Source of the DNA: Candidatus Doudnabacteria bacterium
Lineage (GTDB): Bacteria; Patescibacteriota; Doudnabacteria; UBA920
DNA length: 64,000 nucleotides
Direction of reading: 5' to 3'
Assembly: GCA_963837465.1 (NCBI GenBank)
Contig: CAWINB010000004.1
Location: 330,853-394,852, forward strand
Position numbers and translations under genes: made by a program. The notes beneath the pieces are model-generated. The model worked only from the letters and a program-made list of their open reading frames with translations, was not told where the DNA came from and did no database searches. Positions within the stretch are counted from its first letter, which is position 1, and each line of letters starts with the position of its first letter. This document shows, piece after piece, positions 10,361-21,258 of this stretch.

Positions 10361-10780
10361 ATGTTCAATCTTTTTAAACCAACAATCAGGAAACCAAAAT
10401 CTTTGGGTCAGCTGGGTGAACAGTTCGCCCAGGAAGAATATAAAAAGCTCGGTTATAAAATTATCGCGGCCAACGAGTACAATAAAAAAGGCAAACAACT
10501 TGGAGAGATAGATTTCATCGCCAAAAATAACGAATCCATAATATTTGTGGAGGTTAAGACCCGTAAAGATCGCCTGGGTAAATTTGGCACGGGCGCCGAA
10601 GCGGTTGATGTTTACAAACAGCGGAAACTGCTGGCAGCGGTAAAAATGTACTTTTTGCGCAATCCGGCAATGTCCGAACTTAAGCCCCGGATTGATGTTT
10701 GTCTTATGGAATTCGGCGAGCTTGACAAAAGCTTTAAACCTGCTAAAATAATAACGAATGCAGTAGAAGATTGGAACTGA
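10361..10780 (+). CDS. yraN: YraN-family (UPF0102) endonuclease-like protein
   Basis: GEQFAQEEYKKLGYKIIAANEY...GEIDFIAKNNESIIFVEVKTR fits the YraN pattern. Confidence 0.8.
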   Translation: MFNLFKPTIRKPKSLGQLGEQFAQEEYKKLGYKIIAANEYNKKGKQLGEIDFIAKNNESIIFVEVKTRKDRLGKFGTGAEAVDVYKQRKLLAAVKMYFLRNPAMSELKPRIDVCLMEFGELDKSFKPAKIITNAVEDWN

Positions 10781-10826
10781 CTGACGAGCGATGCTCGTCA
10801 TTTTAATTAGTAAGCCGCTGAAAAGA

Positions 10827-10893
10827 CGCTGATAGGTACGCTGAATAAACGCTGAACCGGCGTTTCAGCGACAAATCAGCGTACCTATCAGCG
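10827..10893. repeat. Composite palindromic intergenic element built from CGCTGA units
   Basis: Perfect 18-bp outer stem, cgctgataggtacgctga (10827-10844) / tcagcgtacctatcagcg (10876-10893), enclosing an inner cgctgaa/ttcagcg stem. Extra cgctga copies lie upstream. Confidence 0.65.
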
Positions 10894-10912
10894 ATAAATT
10901 AGCGCTTTAAAT

Positions 10913-12130
10913 ATGAATGAGCAACTAGAACAAGCTTTGGATCAGATTGCCGAAGAAAAAGGCATTAGCCGCGAGGATTTAATTTCTATGATAGAGGCGT
11001 CTTTGGCCGCGGCCTTCCGCAAGGATTACGGTGAAAAAGACCAGAATATCGTGGTGGAATTTAACCCCGAAACAATGGGCGCCAAGGTTTTTGACGTTAA
11101 AACCGTGGTGGAAACCCCAACCGAAGCCGAGGAAGACCCGCAAAAATTAATTGATTTGGAAGCGGCAAAACAAATCAAAAAATCCTATAAAGTGGGTGAC
11201 GAAATTAAAACCGAAATCACGCCAAAAACCGGCACCTCTTACGGCCGCATTGCGGCACAGACCGCCAAACAGGTAATCATTCAAAAGCTCCGCGAGGCTG
11301 AACGCAACGTCCAGTTTTCCGACTTTAAATCCAAAGAGCGCACTCTGCAAAACGGTATTGTGCAAAGAGTGGAAGGCGATACCGTGCTGGTGGATTTGGG
11401 CAAGGCCGCCGGAGTGCTGTTTCCCAGCGAGCAAATCCGCGGCGAGCGTTACGCCATTGGTCAGCGGGTAAAAGTTTTAATCCTCCATGTCGAACCGGCC
11501 ACCAAGGGCCCTAAAATTACCCTGTCCCGCTCGCATCCGGATATGGTCCGCAAGCTGTTTGAGCTGGAAGTGCCGGAAATTTATAACGGCAGCGTGGAAA
11601 TAAAAGCCATTGCCCGCGAGGCGGGATCCCGTTCCAAAGTGGCGGTAATTTCCACCCAGGACGGCATTGATCCCATAGGCAGTTGCGTAGGGCAAAAAGG
11701 CAGCCGCGTGCAAACCGTAATGGCCGAACTCGGCGGCGAGAAAATAGATATTATAGAATTTTCAGACGACACCGTAAAATTTATCGCCAACGCGCTTTCC
11801 CCGGCCAAAATTTTAAATGTTCAGCTGGATGAAGACAAAAAAGAAGCCAAAGTCGGCGTTTTGGAAGACCAGTTATCCCTTGCCATCGGCAAAGCCGGAC
11901 AAAACGTGCGGTTGGCCGCGCGGTTGACCGGATGGAAGATTGATATCAATGGGGAAAAATTGGCCGGAGATGCGGCATCAGAACCTGCTGCTGAAGGCGA
12001 AGAAGCAGAAACCGTTGCCCCCGAAACATCAGCCACGGAAGAAGCTCAAACCGACGCCGGCGGAGTAAGCGAAGGTACTTTGCAGGAAGCGGAGAACCCC
12101 GAAAAGCAGATGGAAGAAAAGGGAGAATAA
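10913..12130 (+). CDS. nusA: Transcription termination/antitermination factor NusA
   Basis: N-terminal NusA domain, S1 domain (GIVQRVEGDTVLVDLG), two KH domains (GSCVGQKGSRVQ, LAIGKAGQNVRLA) and an acidic tail. Confidence 0.95.
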   Translation: MNEQLEQALDQIAEEKGISREDLISMIEASLAAAFRKDYGEKDQNIVVEFNPETMGAKVFDVKTVVETPTEAEEDPQKLIDLEAAKQIKKSYKVGDEIKTEITPKTGTSYGRIAAQTAKQVIIQKLREAERNVQFSDFKSKERTLQNGIVQRVEGDTVLVDLGKAAGVLFPSEQIRGERYAIGQRVKVLILHVEPATKGPKITLSRSHPDMVRKLFELEVPEIYNGSVEIKAIAREAGSRSKVAVISTQDGIDPIGSCVGQKGSRVQTVMAELGGEKIDIIEFSDDTVKFIANALSPAKILNVQLDEDKKEAKVGVLEDQLSLAIGKAGQNVRLAARLTGWKIDINGEKLAGDAASEPAAEGEEAETVAPETSATEEAQTDAGGVSEGTLQEAENPEKQMEEKGE

Positions 12131-12229
12131 TAATTAATTTCAAATTACAAATATCAATTTGCCGAGTCACGCAACTTGGTATTAAATCATTAGGATTTTA
12201 TTTGGAATTTGATATTTGGAATTTTACTT

Positions 12230-12805
12230 ATGCCTTTAATACCAATGGTCATTGAGAAATCCCCGCAGGGGGAGCGCGGCTATGATATTTACAGTCGACT
12301 TTTAAAAGATCGAATAATTTTTTTAGGCGAACCTATAGACGACGCGGTCGCCAATATTTTAATCGCCCAATTGCTTTTTTTGGACGCGGATAATTCCAAG
12401 CAGGATATCAAGCTTTACATTAATTCTCCCGGCGGCTCGGTAACCTCGGCTATGGCGCTTTATGATACTATGAACCACGTTAAATCCGATGTTTCCACTA
12501 TTTGCATCGGCCAGGCCGCCTCGGCTGCCGCGGTACTGCTTGCGGCCGGAGCCAAAGGCAAAAGAATCGCCCTGCCTAACGCGCGCGTGCTTATCCACCA
12601 GGTTATGGGCGGAGCCGAAGGCCAGCAAAAAGATATTGTCATAGCGGCCAACGAGATTACGCGCATAAAAAACCAGCTTAACCATATTCTTTCCAAACAC
12701 ACTGGTCAGCCGGTAAAGAAAATAGAATCGGACACCGATCGTGATTTCTGGATGACTTCGGACGAGGCCAAGAAATACGGGATTATAGATAAAATTATCC
12801 AGTAG
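12230..12805 (+). CDS. clpP: ATP-dependent Clp protease proteolytic subunit
   Basis: [19 protein letters not shown]...[18 protein letters not shown]...[11 protein letters not shown]...IHQ. The ATG at 12230 is preferred to the track start at 12209. Confidence 0.95.
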   Translation: MPLIPMVIEKSPQGERGYDIYSRLLKDRIIFLGEPIDDAVANILIAQLLFLDADNSKQDIKLYINSPGGSVTSAMALYDTMNHVKSDVSTICIGQAASAAAVLLAAGAKGKRIALPNARVLIHQVMGGAEGQQKDIVIAANEITRIKNQLNHILSKHTGQPVKKIESDTDRDFWMTSDEAKKYGIIDKIIQ

Positions 12806-12840
12806 TGCTGTTTTCAGGGCGGTTTCCAATATGTATCAAT

Positions 12841-12870
12841 AAAAATCCGGACCCAGGGTCCGGATTTTTA
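12841..12870. terminator. Bidirectional rho-independent terminator
   Basis: aaaaatccggaccc a gggtccggattttt: a perfect GC-rich stem flanked by an A-run and a T-run, between convergent clpP and the phosphoesterase gene. Confidence 0.75.
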
Positions 12871-12903
12871 TATATATTATTTCGCCTGCCGACGGCAAAA
12901 TTA

Positions 12904-14016
12904 TTAACCCAAGCTCTGAAAAGTTATTTTAATTATTTCAGATTCGGTAAAAATTCTCAAAGCCGGGCCCCAGGTGCCCACGCCGCTGGAAGTTAAAACC
13001 TGTAAGTCCCCTAAAGCCTTAAGGCCGTAATCGTAACCTTTAAAAATTTTGCGGGTAACATAGCGACCCGGCCAAATTTGTCCCAGGTGGGTGTGGCCCG
13101 AAAGCTGCAGGCTTACTCCGCTTTGTTCCGCGACGGACAAATGACTGGGTACGTGTTTTAAAAGTATGGAGGGCTTGTTGTTTGCCAAACCGGTTTTCAG
13201 TAGCCGAGTTTTAACAGTTTCATCAGTTTCCTGTTTATAGGCCAGGCCTAAAACCTGCAAACCCTCTATCTCCACTTTCTGGTCTTCCAAAATTTTGATG
13301 CCGGCATTTCTTATGGCTTGTTCGCAAATACCGTAACCGGCGAACATTTCGTGGTTGCCGGAACAAAAGTAAATTCCCAATGGAGCTTTGATTTTTTTAA
13401 ATTCATTTGCCAATCCCTGGAAGTCGCTGCGCGCGCCGTCATAAAAATCTCCGGGAATAAAAACAATCTCGGGATTTAAAGAGTTGGTAATTTTGATTAT
13501 TTTTTTGGCGAAACCGTTTTTTAAAATCTGCCCCAGATGCAAATCGGAAACCATAACCGCGGTTTTGCCTTTCCAAAAATCCGGCAAATTGGGCAGATTG
13601 ACCGTTAGGTGCTTAATTCTTATTACGCGCGCGTTAACGGCGCCGTAAACAACCAGGGTCAATGAGACGATAATGCTAAGGTGCCCCGCGGTAGTTAGTG
13701 CCAGCAGGCCTAAAGCGCAAAGGACCAGGGTTAAAGCGGAAGCCATTAAAAAGTAGAGCCCCCATACTATCCAAATTCCGGCCAAGACGTTGCCCCAGTT
13801 TAAGAGGAAACTTTGGTAATTATGGGTAAGCAGTGTAAACAATAAAAAAGCAAAAGATAACAGCAGCATTATTACGGCCAGCAAAATGTGGTAAGGGTAA
13901 AGGGCGGGGAAAAACAACAGCAGGAGCTCGTATCCCAGCCAATGGCAAGCGGCAATAAACAATTGCGCGATTCCAATTACGTAAATTAAATTTTTAGGCA
14001 TGTTTACAGTATACAT
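12904..14016 (-). CDS. Membrane-anchored calcineurin-like metallophosphoesterase
   Basis: Several N-terminal TM helices, then VSDLHLGQ, PGDFYDG, GNHE and GHTHLGQ motifs. Confidence 0.75.
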   Translation of the reverse strand: MYTVNMPKNLIYVIGIAQLFIAACHWLGYELLLLFFPALYPYHILLAVIMLLLSFAFLLFTLLTHNYQSFLLNWGNVLAGIWIVWGLYFLMASALTLVLCALGLLALTTAGHLSIIVSLTLVVYGAVNARVIRIKHLTVNLPNLPDFWKGKTAVMVSDLHLGQILKNGFAKKIIKITNSLNPEIVFIPGDFYDGARSDFQGLANEFKKIKAPLGIYFCSGNHEMFAGYGICEQAIRNAGIKILEDQKVEIEGLQVLGLAYKQETDETVKTRLLKTGLANNKPSILLKHVPSHLSVAEQSGVSLQLSGHTHLGQIWPGRYVTRKIFKGYDYGLKALGDLQVLTSSGVGTWGPALRIFTESEIIKITFQSLG

Positions 14017-14173
14017 TATAATTAAGTTGTTGTAATACGCATAGCCGAAACTTAAATTTTTACCGAGAAAATTAAATTGACGTCCGGGGAGGCGTTGTTA
14101 AAGTCGCCGTCCTATCCAAACGAGCATGGAAGCAGTTTTAAGTTTAATAAAACCGCAGTAGTTTCTAATCAAG

Positions 14174-15578
14174 ACATGGCCCCTATCCGCCAGCGGCCAT
14201 TTTTTGATGTTCCTTAAGTTTAATGTTTTTAAATACTGCTGACTTTGCTTCCTGCATAAGTTTTGCCCATCCGTTATGGCTGTGGCCGGTGCTGATGTCA
14301 TCCAGTTGTTTTTCCGTCCGTCCTGGGGCAAGGTAGCGTGTCCAATTATCCAGAGTCTTCAGTTTGGCATAGGGAGTTAAGTAAATATCATATTTTTTCT
14401 TTTCCTTGCCCTTATGGTCAACCGTGGTGGTGGCAAAGCCGCAGGGTCTGTGGAAGTTCAGGTAAGGGTTAAAAAACTTCTGGTAAAATTCGTTAATCTC
14501 CTGCGCGTAGGTTTTCGGGATATGAGTGTAGCCCATATACTTTCTGATGACACTGCCGTTCTTGCTTTCCACTAAGGCATTGTCATTGCAGTGCCTGCTT
14601 CGTGATTTTGTCTGTTTAATAACTAACCTTCTAAGAATATCAGCTACCGTGTAATTAATGTTCTCGCTACCGTTGTCAGAGTGGAAGTTAATTACTGTAA
14701 AGGGAAACATTTGCTGCAACTGTTCAAATATGGGTTTTAAATGCAGCTCGGAAATCGTTTCCACACAGAAGACCATTTCCCATTGGGTGACTTCATCCAC
14801 CAGGTTTAAGTGGTAAATACCTTTCTCATACTTGCCCAAAGCCAGCTTACGGTCGCCCTGATGCACGGTATCCACCCGCAGATAGCCCGGAATGCCCATA
14901 TTGTCGGGTCTTCTTCTAATACCAATCGGGGTGCTTACTGGATCGGTTATGGTAAAGGTGGTGGAGTGGCTGGTGTAAATTCTTTTAACTCGCAGATTGT
15001 AGATATGGGAAACGGAAATATCTTTTAGTCTTTTAAACCGTTCGTCACCGAATATTTCATATTCAGCCATTAGGATCTGTTTGGTGGCATGGGCATTCAT
15101 TCGTTGGTGCAGATTATCGGTTTCAGCCAGCAATAGTATTTCTGCCGGGCCATAAACAGTAACAAACCGGTTTTTCTTGCCCCAATTCGGGGACAAGGCC
15201 ACTAACCCACTTCCTCTCTTGTTGGTAATCAGTCGTTTTAGCTGTCTGCCCGACATGCCGGTCATCCGTTGGATATATTCCTTAATCTGCCCCTTGTCTT
15301 TTTTGCCTTTAAGCCGGACATAGCCAAACTTGTTTAAGACGTTGTTAATCCATTCATATTTCTCCTTTCTGGAAACTGAGGTAAAATTAATTGCTGTATT
15401 GACCTTTAGAAATTCCTTGATTTGAGCTATGCTCGTAACGCTTAAGTCTGTCATATCGATTGTCATCAAGTCAGTGTGGCAGGCTTATGCTCTTTGTACA
15501 GCTTCCGGGCAACCCTCCGGTTTCAGCAATTGGGGTACCGTCCTCCTTTAGAGGCTGTCTCAAAGATAGGGGCCATGT
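14174..15578 (-). mobile_element. Insertion sequence encoding an rve-type DDE transposase, just upstream of the rRNA promoter
   Basis: 14-bp terminal inverted repeat, acatggcccctatc (14174-14187) / gataggggccatgt (15565-15578), bracketing a 428-aa transposase ORF. I saw no clear target duplication. Confidence 0.5.
14183..15469 (-). CDS. DDE (integrase-core, rve) transposase
   Basis: GYLRVDTVHQGD...GIYHLNLVDEVTQ...HSDNGSENIN...NDNALVESKNG is the DDE integrase-core pattern. The family (IS481 or ISNCY-like) cannot be settled by eye. Confidence 0.75.
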   Translation of the reverse strand: MMTIDMTDLSVTSIAQIKEFLKVNTAINFTSVSRKEKYEWINNVLNKFGYVRLKGKKDKGQIKEYIQRMTGMSGRQLKRLITNKRGSGLVALSPNWGKKNRFVTVYGPAEILLLAETDNLHQRMNAHATKQILMAEYEIFGDERFKRLKDISVSHIYNLRVKRIYTSHSTTFTITDPVSTPIGIRRRPDNMGIPGYLRVDTVHQGDRKLALGKYEKGIYHLNLVDEVTQWEMVFCVETISELHLKPIFEQLQQMFPFTVINFHSDNGSENINYTVADILRRLVIKQTKSRSRHCNDNALVESKNGSVIRKYMGYTHIPKTYAQEINEFYQKFFNPYLNFHRPCGFATTTVDHKGKEKKKYDIYLTPYAKLKTLDNWTRYLAPGRTEKQLDDISTGHSHNGWAKLMQEAKSAVFKNIKLKEHQKMAAGG

Positions 15579-15599
15579 TCCATTGTATAAGACTGGCGC

Positions 15600-15628
15600 T
15601 TGACACCTTTTTCCAAAAGGTTTATAAT
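15600..15628 (+). promoter_or_regulatory. Consensus sigma70-type promoter, probable rRNA promoter
   Basis: TTGACA (15600-15605), a 17-nt spacer, TATAAT (15623-15628). It starts 22 nt outside the IS end and lies about 670 nt upstream of the 16S. Confidence 0.5.
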
Positions 15629-16293
15629 TGCTTGGCGGTTAGGAATTAAATCTTAACGTTTAAAACTTCAATAAACTTTTAGTTCAATTTTGCTCTTATG
15701 TAAGCGGGCATCGCTGATTATAGGAGATCCCTATTGGCACCTGGGAGACTGGACATTATCCACATTTAAGATGGATATGTTTTTTTTAGCCTCAATTTTA
15801 GACCCTTCAGGATCAAATTATAGAGGCTAATCCGCCGAAGCCTTGGCGAAGGCTGGATAACTAAGTTTGATCGCCGATAAATCGGCACGCTACGCCAATC
15901 ATCTTGGTCAAAGCAAAGTACCTCAAAATGAGATGCTCCGCTCCGCTCAGGATGCGTTCCTACGGAACTGTACCTTAACAGTTAAATAGTGATTAGAAAA
16001 CACTGAATACCGCCCGGTATTTAGTGTGTACAAAACCATCGCGTCTTGACCTATTTAAACCAGGTTGAGATGCAATGTTTGCGTCAATTCAATATGAGTT
16101 CAATGATATTCTGTGAATAACAGAAAAATGTTTTGTTAGGTTTACATTTTACAAAAATAAATCTAACGCCAACTTAACATCAATATTTATATTCGTGTTA
16201 AGAGGTTTGTCTTTTAGACAGATCAAACTTTCAATTTTATTTCCGTCCCGCCAAAGGCTGGGACAATTCAGGATTTATAATTGATTTCTAATA

Positions 16294-17860
<1,567 letters not shown>

Positions 17861-17872
<12 letters not shown>

Positions 17873-18137
17873 AAGGAACTTTTCTTGACTACACTGGTTT
17901 TCGAACTGTGTGTCAAGACATTCTGTTGGTCGTCGTCAATTATTTCGATTTTTGACGCAATCCTTTCTCAATAAGAAACGACGTAAACGTAAGTGGTTTT
18001 GTATAGCGGTAATTCTACCCATATTTAGCAATAAATATGGGCCTGAGCGCCTTTAATGCTCGGGGTCACTATTTAGCCGTTAAAAAACGGAAATTGCAAT
18101 TAAAAAGCCTGACTTCTACTACTGAAGTGAGGCTTTT
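17861..18137 (+). other. 16S tail + trailer + terminator segment, copy S-A
   Basis: gtcactatttagccgttaa (18065-18083) pairs 18/19 with the leader ttaacagttaaatagtgat (15975-15993). tggttttgta (17994-18003) pairs with the leader tacaaaacca (16029-16038). Terminator hairpin at 18107-18137. Confidence 0.75.
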
Positions 18138-19121
18138 ATGTTTTATAAGGAAAGTGTCGTAGAAACATCTACGAAAACCGACAGTAGGGTTTTGCCATCG
18201 TCCCCGGCTGTTTACAGCCCAAAGATGAGCGAGTTGGTTGATGGGTTTTTAAAGCACGGTCAGTTTGATTTAAGCTGGTCGGCTGGGACAGTCGCAAAAT
18301 ACGGTGAGTGTTTACGGATGACTATTCGGGACATCGGCGATTTGCCGGTAAATGAAATCCGTTTGGTTCACCTTACGGAATTAAAATCTAAAATAATAAT
18401 GCGCGGAGCCGGAGAGTCCAGAGTCGGCTCAATGGTTTTTGCGTTAAAAAGTTTTTTAAAATACTGCAAGGAAATTGTGGAGTTGGATGTGCTGGACTTT
18501 AACAAGATTACCCCGCCAAAACGCCATCGCCGGGAAGTGCTGTTTTTGACCAACGAAGAAATTCAGCGGTTTGTGGATGTTATAAAAATAAAAAATACCT
18601 GGGATGGGAAAAATAAAAAGAGTTGCGTCCGAATGGATGGTCTAAGGTTCAGGGCTTTGGTAGAAGTCTTGCTTGGCAGCGGTATGAGAATATCCGAGGC
18701 GTTATCGCTTAACCGGGGTAGTATAAATTTTGAAAAGAAAGAGGCAAAAATTATCGGTAAAGGTAGCAAGGAACGCACGGTATTTTTTAACGATCGTTCG
18801 TTGGAATGGGTTAGGTATTTATTGGAAGAAAGGAAGGACAGTCACGAACCTTTATTTCTTTCCCAAAAAGGCAACAGGTGGGATAAGGGAGAAGTTAATA
18901 AACTGTTTCAGCGTTATACTAAAAAAGCGGAAATCACCAAAAAATTAACGCCCCATATTCTGCGGCATACTATGGCCACAAACTTACTTTTTAACGGTTG
19001 CCCGATTTCCCACGTCAAAGAAATTTTAGGCCATGATAGGCTGGAAACCACGTGCCGCTACTATCTGGGTTTGGACAAGAGTAAGGCCAAGGAGGCTCAC
19101 GAAAAATTCTTGAATTATTAA
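18138..19121 (+). CDS. Tyrosine recombinase/integrase, class A (copy 1)
   Basis: GMRISEALSL (R), HILRHTMATN (H-x-x-R), LGHDRLETTCRYY (H and Y). 327 aa. Paralogs at 34943 and 47997. Confidence 0.9.
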   Translation: MFYKESVVETSTKTDSRVLPSSPAVYSPKMSELVDGFLKHGQFDLSWSAGTVAKYGECLRMTIRDIGDLPVNEIRLVHLTELKSKIIMRGAGESRVGSMVFALKSFLKYCKEIVELDVLDFNKITPPKRHRREVLFLTNEEIQRFVDVIKIKNTWDGKNKKSCVRMDGLRFRALVEVLLGSGMRISEALSLNRGSINFEKKEAKIIGKGSKERTVFFNDRSLEWVRYLLEERKDSHEPLFLSQKGNRWDKGEVNKLFQRYTKKAEITKKLTPHILRHTMATNLLFNGCPISHVKEILGHDRLETTCRYYLGLDKSKAKEAHEKFLNY

Positions 19122-19159
19122 AAAAATTTATTGAATAAATAGCTCAATTTCGCTATAAT

Positions 19160-19365
19160 TAGAATAATTGAATAGGTGCCTAACCCCATGGCTAAAACTA
19201 TGGGTATGGTAGAAGTAAAGAATCCTCAGCTACGTAAAGACGGTCTCTTAACCGCTCTCGTAGCTGAGGTGCGTGCGAAAGCATGCGGTGGTGTCGAAAG
19301 GCACTGCTGCGGTTGGGAGGCCCTTTTTGTATCCAACCGCAATTTAAAAACCTCAGCTACAACAA
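19160..19365 (+). ncRNA. Candidate structured leader RNA upstream of the type III mod gene
   Basis: tataat at 19154-19159. 11-bp perfect stem cctcagctacg (19224-19234) / cgtagctgagg (19259-19269). Two adjacent GAAA-capped hairpins (cgtgc gaaa gcatg, gtgtc gaaa ggcac). gcggttgg/ccaaccgc stem. A second cctcagctac at 19351-19360, 5 nt before the ATG. Confidence 0.35.
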
Positions 19366-21255
19366 ATGAATAACAAATCACTGATTTTTGAATTGCCCAA
19401 AATTGTGGAAGAGGGCAAAAAAGAAGTTGAAAAAATATTGGAACGGCTTTCCAGTCAAAGTCGGTTAGGTTTGCAGACTAATGAGCTGGTTCTACCGGCA
19501 AAAGATAGTGGCGGGCTTTTTCGCGGGCATATAGCAGAACAGAAAAACAATGAGTGGCTGAATCGCTTAATATATGGCGATAATTTGTTAGCTATGCAGG
19601 CTTTGCTTTCCGGCGATGAGCAGAGCGGTCTTGCCAGTATGCGTGGGAAAATAGATTTAATTTACATTGATCCACCGTTTGATAGCAAAGCTGACTACCG
19701 CACAAAGGTTACCTTGCCTGGCGTGGATTTGGAGCAAAAGCCAACAGTTATAGAACAATTTGCATACGCCGATACTTGGAAAGATGGCACCGTAAGCTAT
19801 TTGAAAATGCTTTATCCTCGTCTTGCTTTAATGCGCGAGTTGCTCTCCGAACAAGGCAGTATTTATGTGCATATTGATTGGCACGTCGGGCATTATGTAA
19901 AAATTTTACTTGATGATATTTTTGGAAAAAATAATTTTAGGAACGAAATAATTTGGTGGTATCTTTGGGGAGGAAGAGGTAAGACACAATGGAATAGCAA
20001 ACATGATAATATTTTATTTTATTCCAAGGATAATAATTGGATTTTTAACTTTAAGGATGTATTAGATGATCACAATTTAATGACAGAAGGGTCAAAAAAT
20101 AGGTTGAATTACAAAGGTGCGATGGTAACTACCAAAAGCGAATCCTCAGAAATACCCGAAGATAAAGTGCTGCCTTCTGATACTTGGTATATAGCAACCA
20201 TTAATGCAATGGCAAAAGAAAAATTAAATTATGGTACTCAAAAACCAGAATCTTTGGTAGAAAAAATAATCAAAGCATCTTCAAATGAAAATTCCATTGT
20301 AGCAGATTTTTTTGCGGGGAGCGGGACAACTGGAGCGGTGGCGGAAAAACTTGGACGGAGGTGGATTATGTCGGATATTGGCAAGCCAGCGGCTTTGATA
20401 ATGCGCAAACGGTTAATTGACCAAAACGCCAAACCGTTTTTGTATCAATCCATCGGCGACTACCAAAAAGAAGCGTTTACCTCCTCAAAGTTATACCGCC
20501 GGGTTGGCGACCTGGCCCAGGTGGTATTGCAACTTTACGGCGCAATCCCTTTTACAGAAGACCAAAGCCAAATGCGAAATTTGGGGTATATAAAAGACAG
20601 TAAAACTTTGGTAATGGTGGATTCGCCGAATAAAATGACCGGCCTTGCCACGCTTAAAAAAGCGCAGGAGCTTAAAGCCAGTTTTATGGGCGGATTTAAC
20701 AAAGTGGTGGTCTTGGGCTGGAATTTTACTTTTGATATTACCGAAGCTATTCATTCGCTTAACGATAAAAGCGTGGAAGTTTTAGTTATACCCCCGGATC
20801 TGTTAGATAAGTTAAAGAGCAAAGCTGATTACAAAGACTTGATTGACAGCGGTAAAATTCGTTTTTCCTCTTTGCAATATCTGACTTTAAAACCAATTAC
20901 GGTAAAAATATTGCCGGATGATAAAGAACAGTTGCATGTTGAATTAGATAATTATGTTTTACTTTCCCCAGACAACATACCTTTGGACGAAAAGGACAAG
21001 GAAAAATTAAAAGAAGTCATTGCTAAAGATCCATTGTCTTTGGTTGAATATTGGAGCATTGATCCCGATTATGACGGAGTTACTTTTCGCAGCCTATGGC
21101 AGGATTATCGGGAAAATGAAGACAATGACGCAGAGCCTTACCATGTTGTAAAATCGGTAGATTTGACTGTCCCCAAAAAGAAAGAAAAAAGAATTGTATG
21201 CGTAAAGGTCGTGGATGTTTTTGGTTTTGAAAGTATTGCGACCGAGGAAGTTTAA
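19366..21255 (+). CDS. mod: Type III restriction-modification methyltransferase (Mod)
   Basis: [11 protein letters not shown] (motif IV) precedes [20 protein letters not shown] (motif I). 629 aa, directly upstream of res. Confidence 0.85.
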   Translation: MNNKSLIFELPKIVEEGKKEVEKILERLSSQSRLGLQTNELVLPAKDSGGLFRGHIAEQKNNEWLNRLIYGDNLLAMQALLSGDEQSGLASMRGKIDLIYIDPPFDSKADYRTKVTLPGVDLEQKPTVIEQFAYADTWKDGTVSYLKMLYPRLALMRELLSEQGSIYVHIDWHVGHYVKILLDDIFGKNNFRNEIIWWYLWGGRGKTQWNSKHDNILFYSKDNNWIFNFKDVLDDHNLMTEGSKNRLNYKGAMVTTKSESSEIPEDKVLPSDTWYIATINAMAKEKLNYGTQKPESLVEKIIKASSNENSIVADFFAGSGTTGAVAEKLGRRWIMSDIGKPAALIMRKRLIDQNAKPFLYQSIGDYQKEAFTSSKLYRRVGDLAQVVLQLYGAIPFTEDQSQMRNLGYIKDSKTLVMVDSPNKMTGLATLKKAQELKASFMGGFNKVVVLGWNFTFDITEAIHSLNDKSVEVLVIPPDLLDKLKSKADYKDLIDSGKIRFSSLQYLTLKPITVKILPDDKEQLHVELDNYVLLSPDNIPLDEKDKEKLKEVIAKDPLSLVEYWSIDPDYDGVTFRSLWQDYRENEDNDAEPYHVVKSVDLTVPKKKEKRIVCVKVVDVFGFESIATEEV

Positions 21256-21258
21256 CAT

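Noticed and set aside
12359-12829. 156-aa minus-strand ORF, plus 12460..12702
   Set aside because: They are antisense to clpP and are shadow ORFs.
17873-18137. 16S-23S internal transcribed spacer with tRNA genes, leading to a 23S gene
   Set aside because: There is no tRNA-like cloverleaf. The segment ends in a terminator and an integrase start codon, and no 23S sequence follows within the window.
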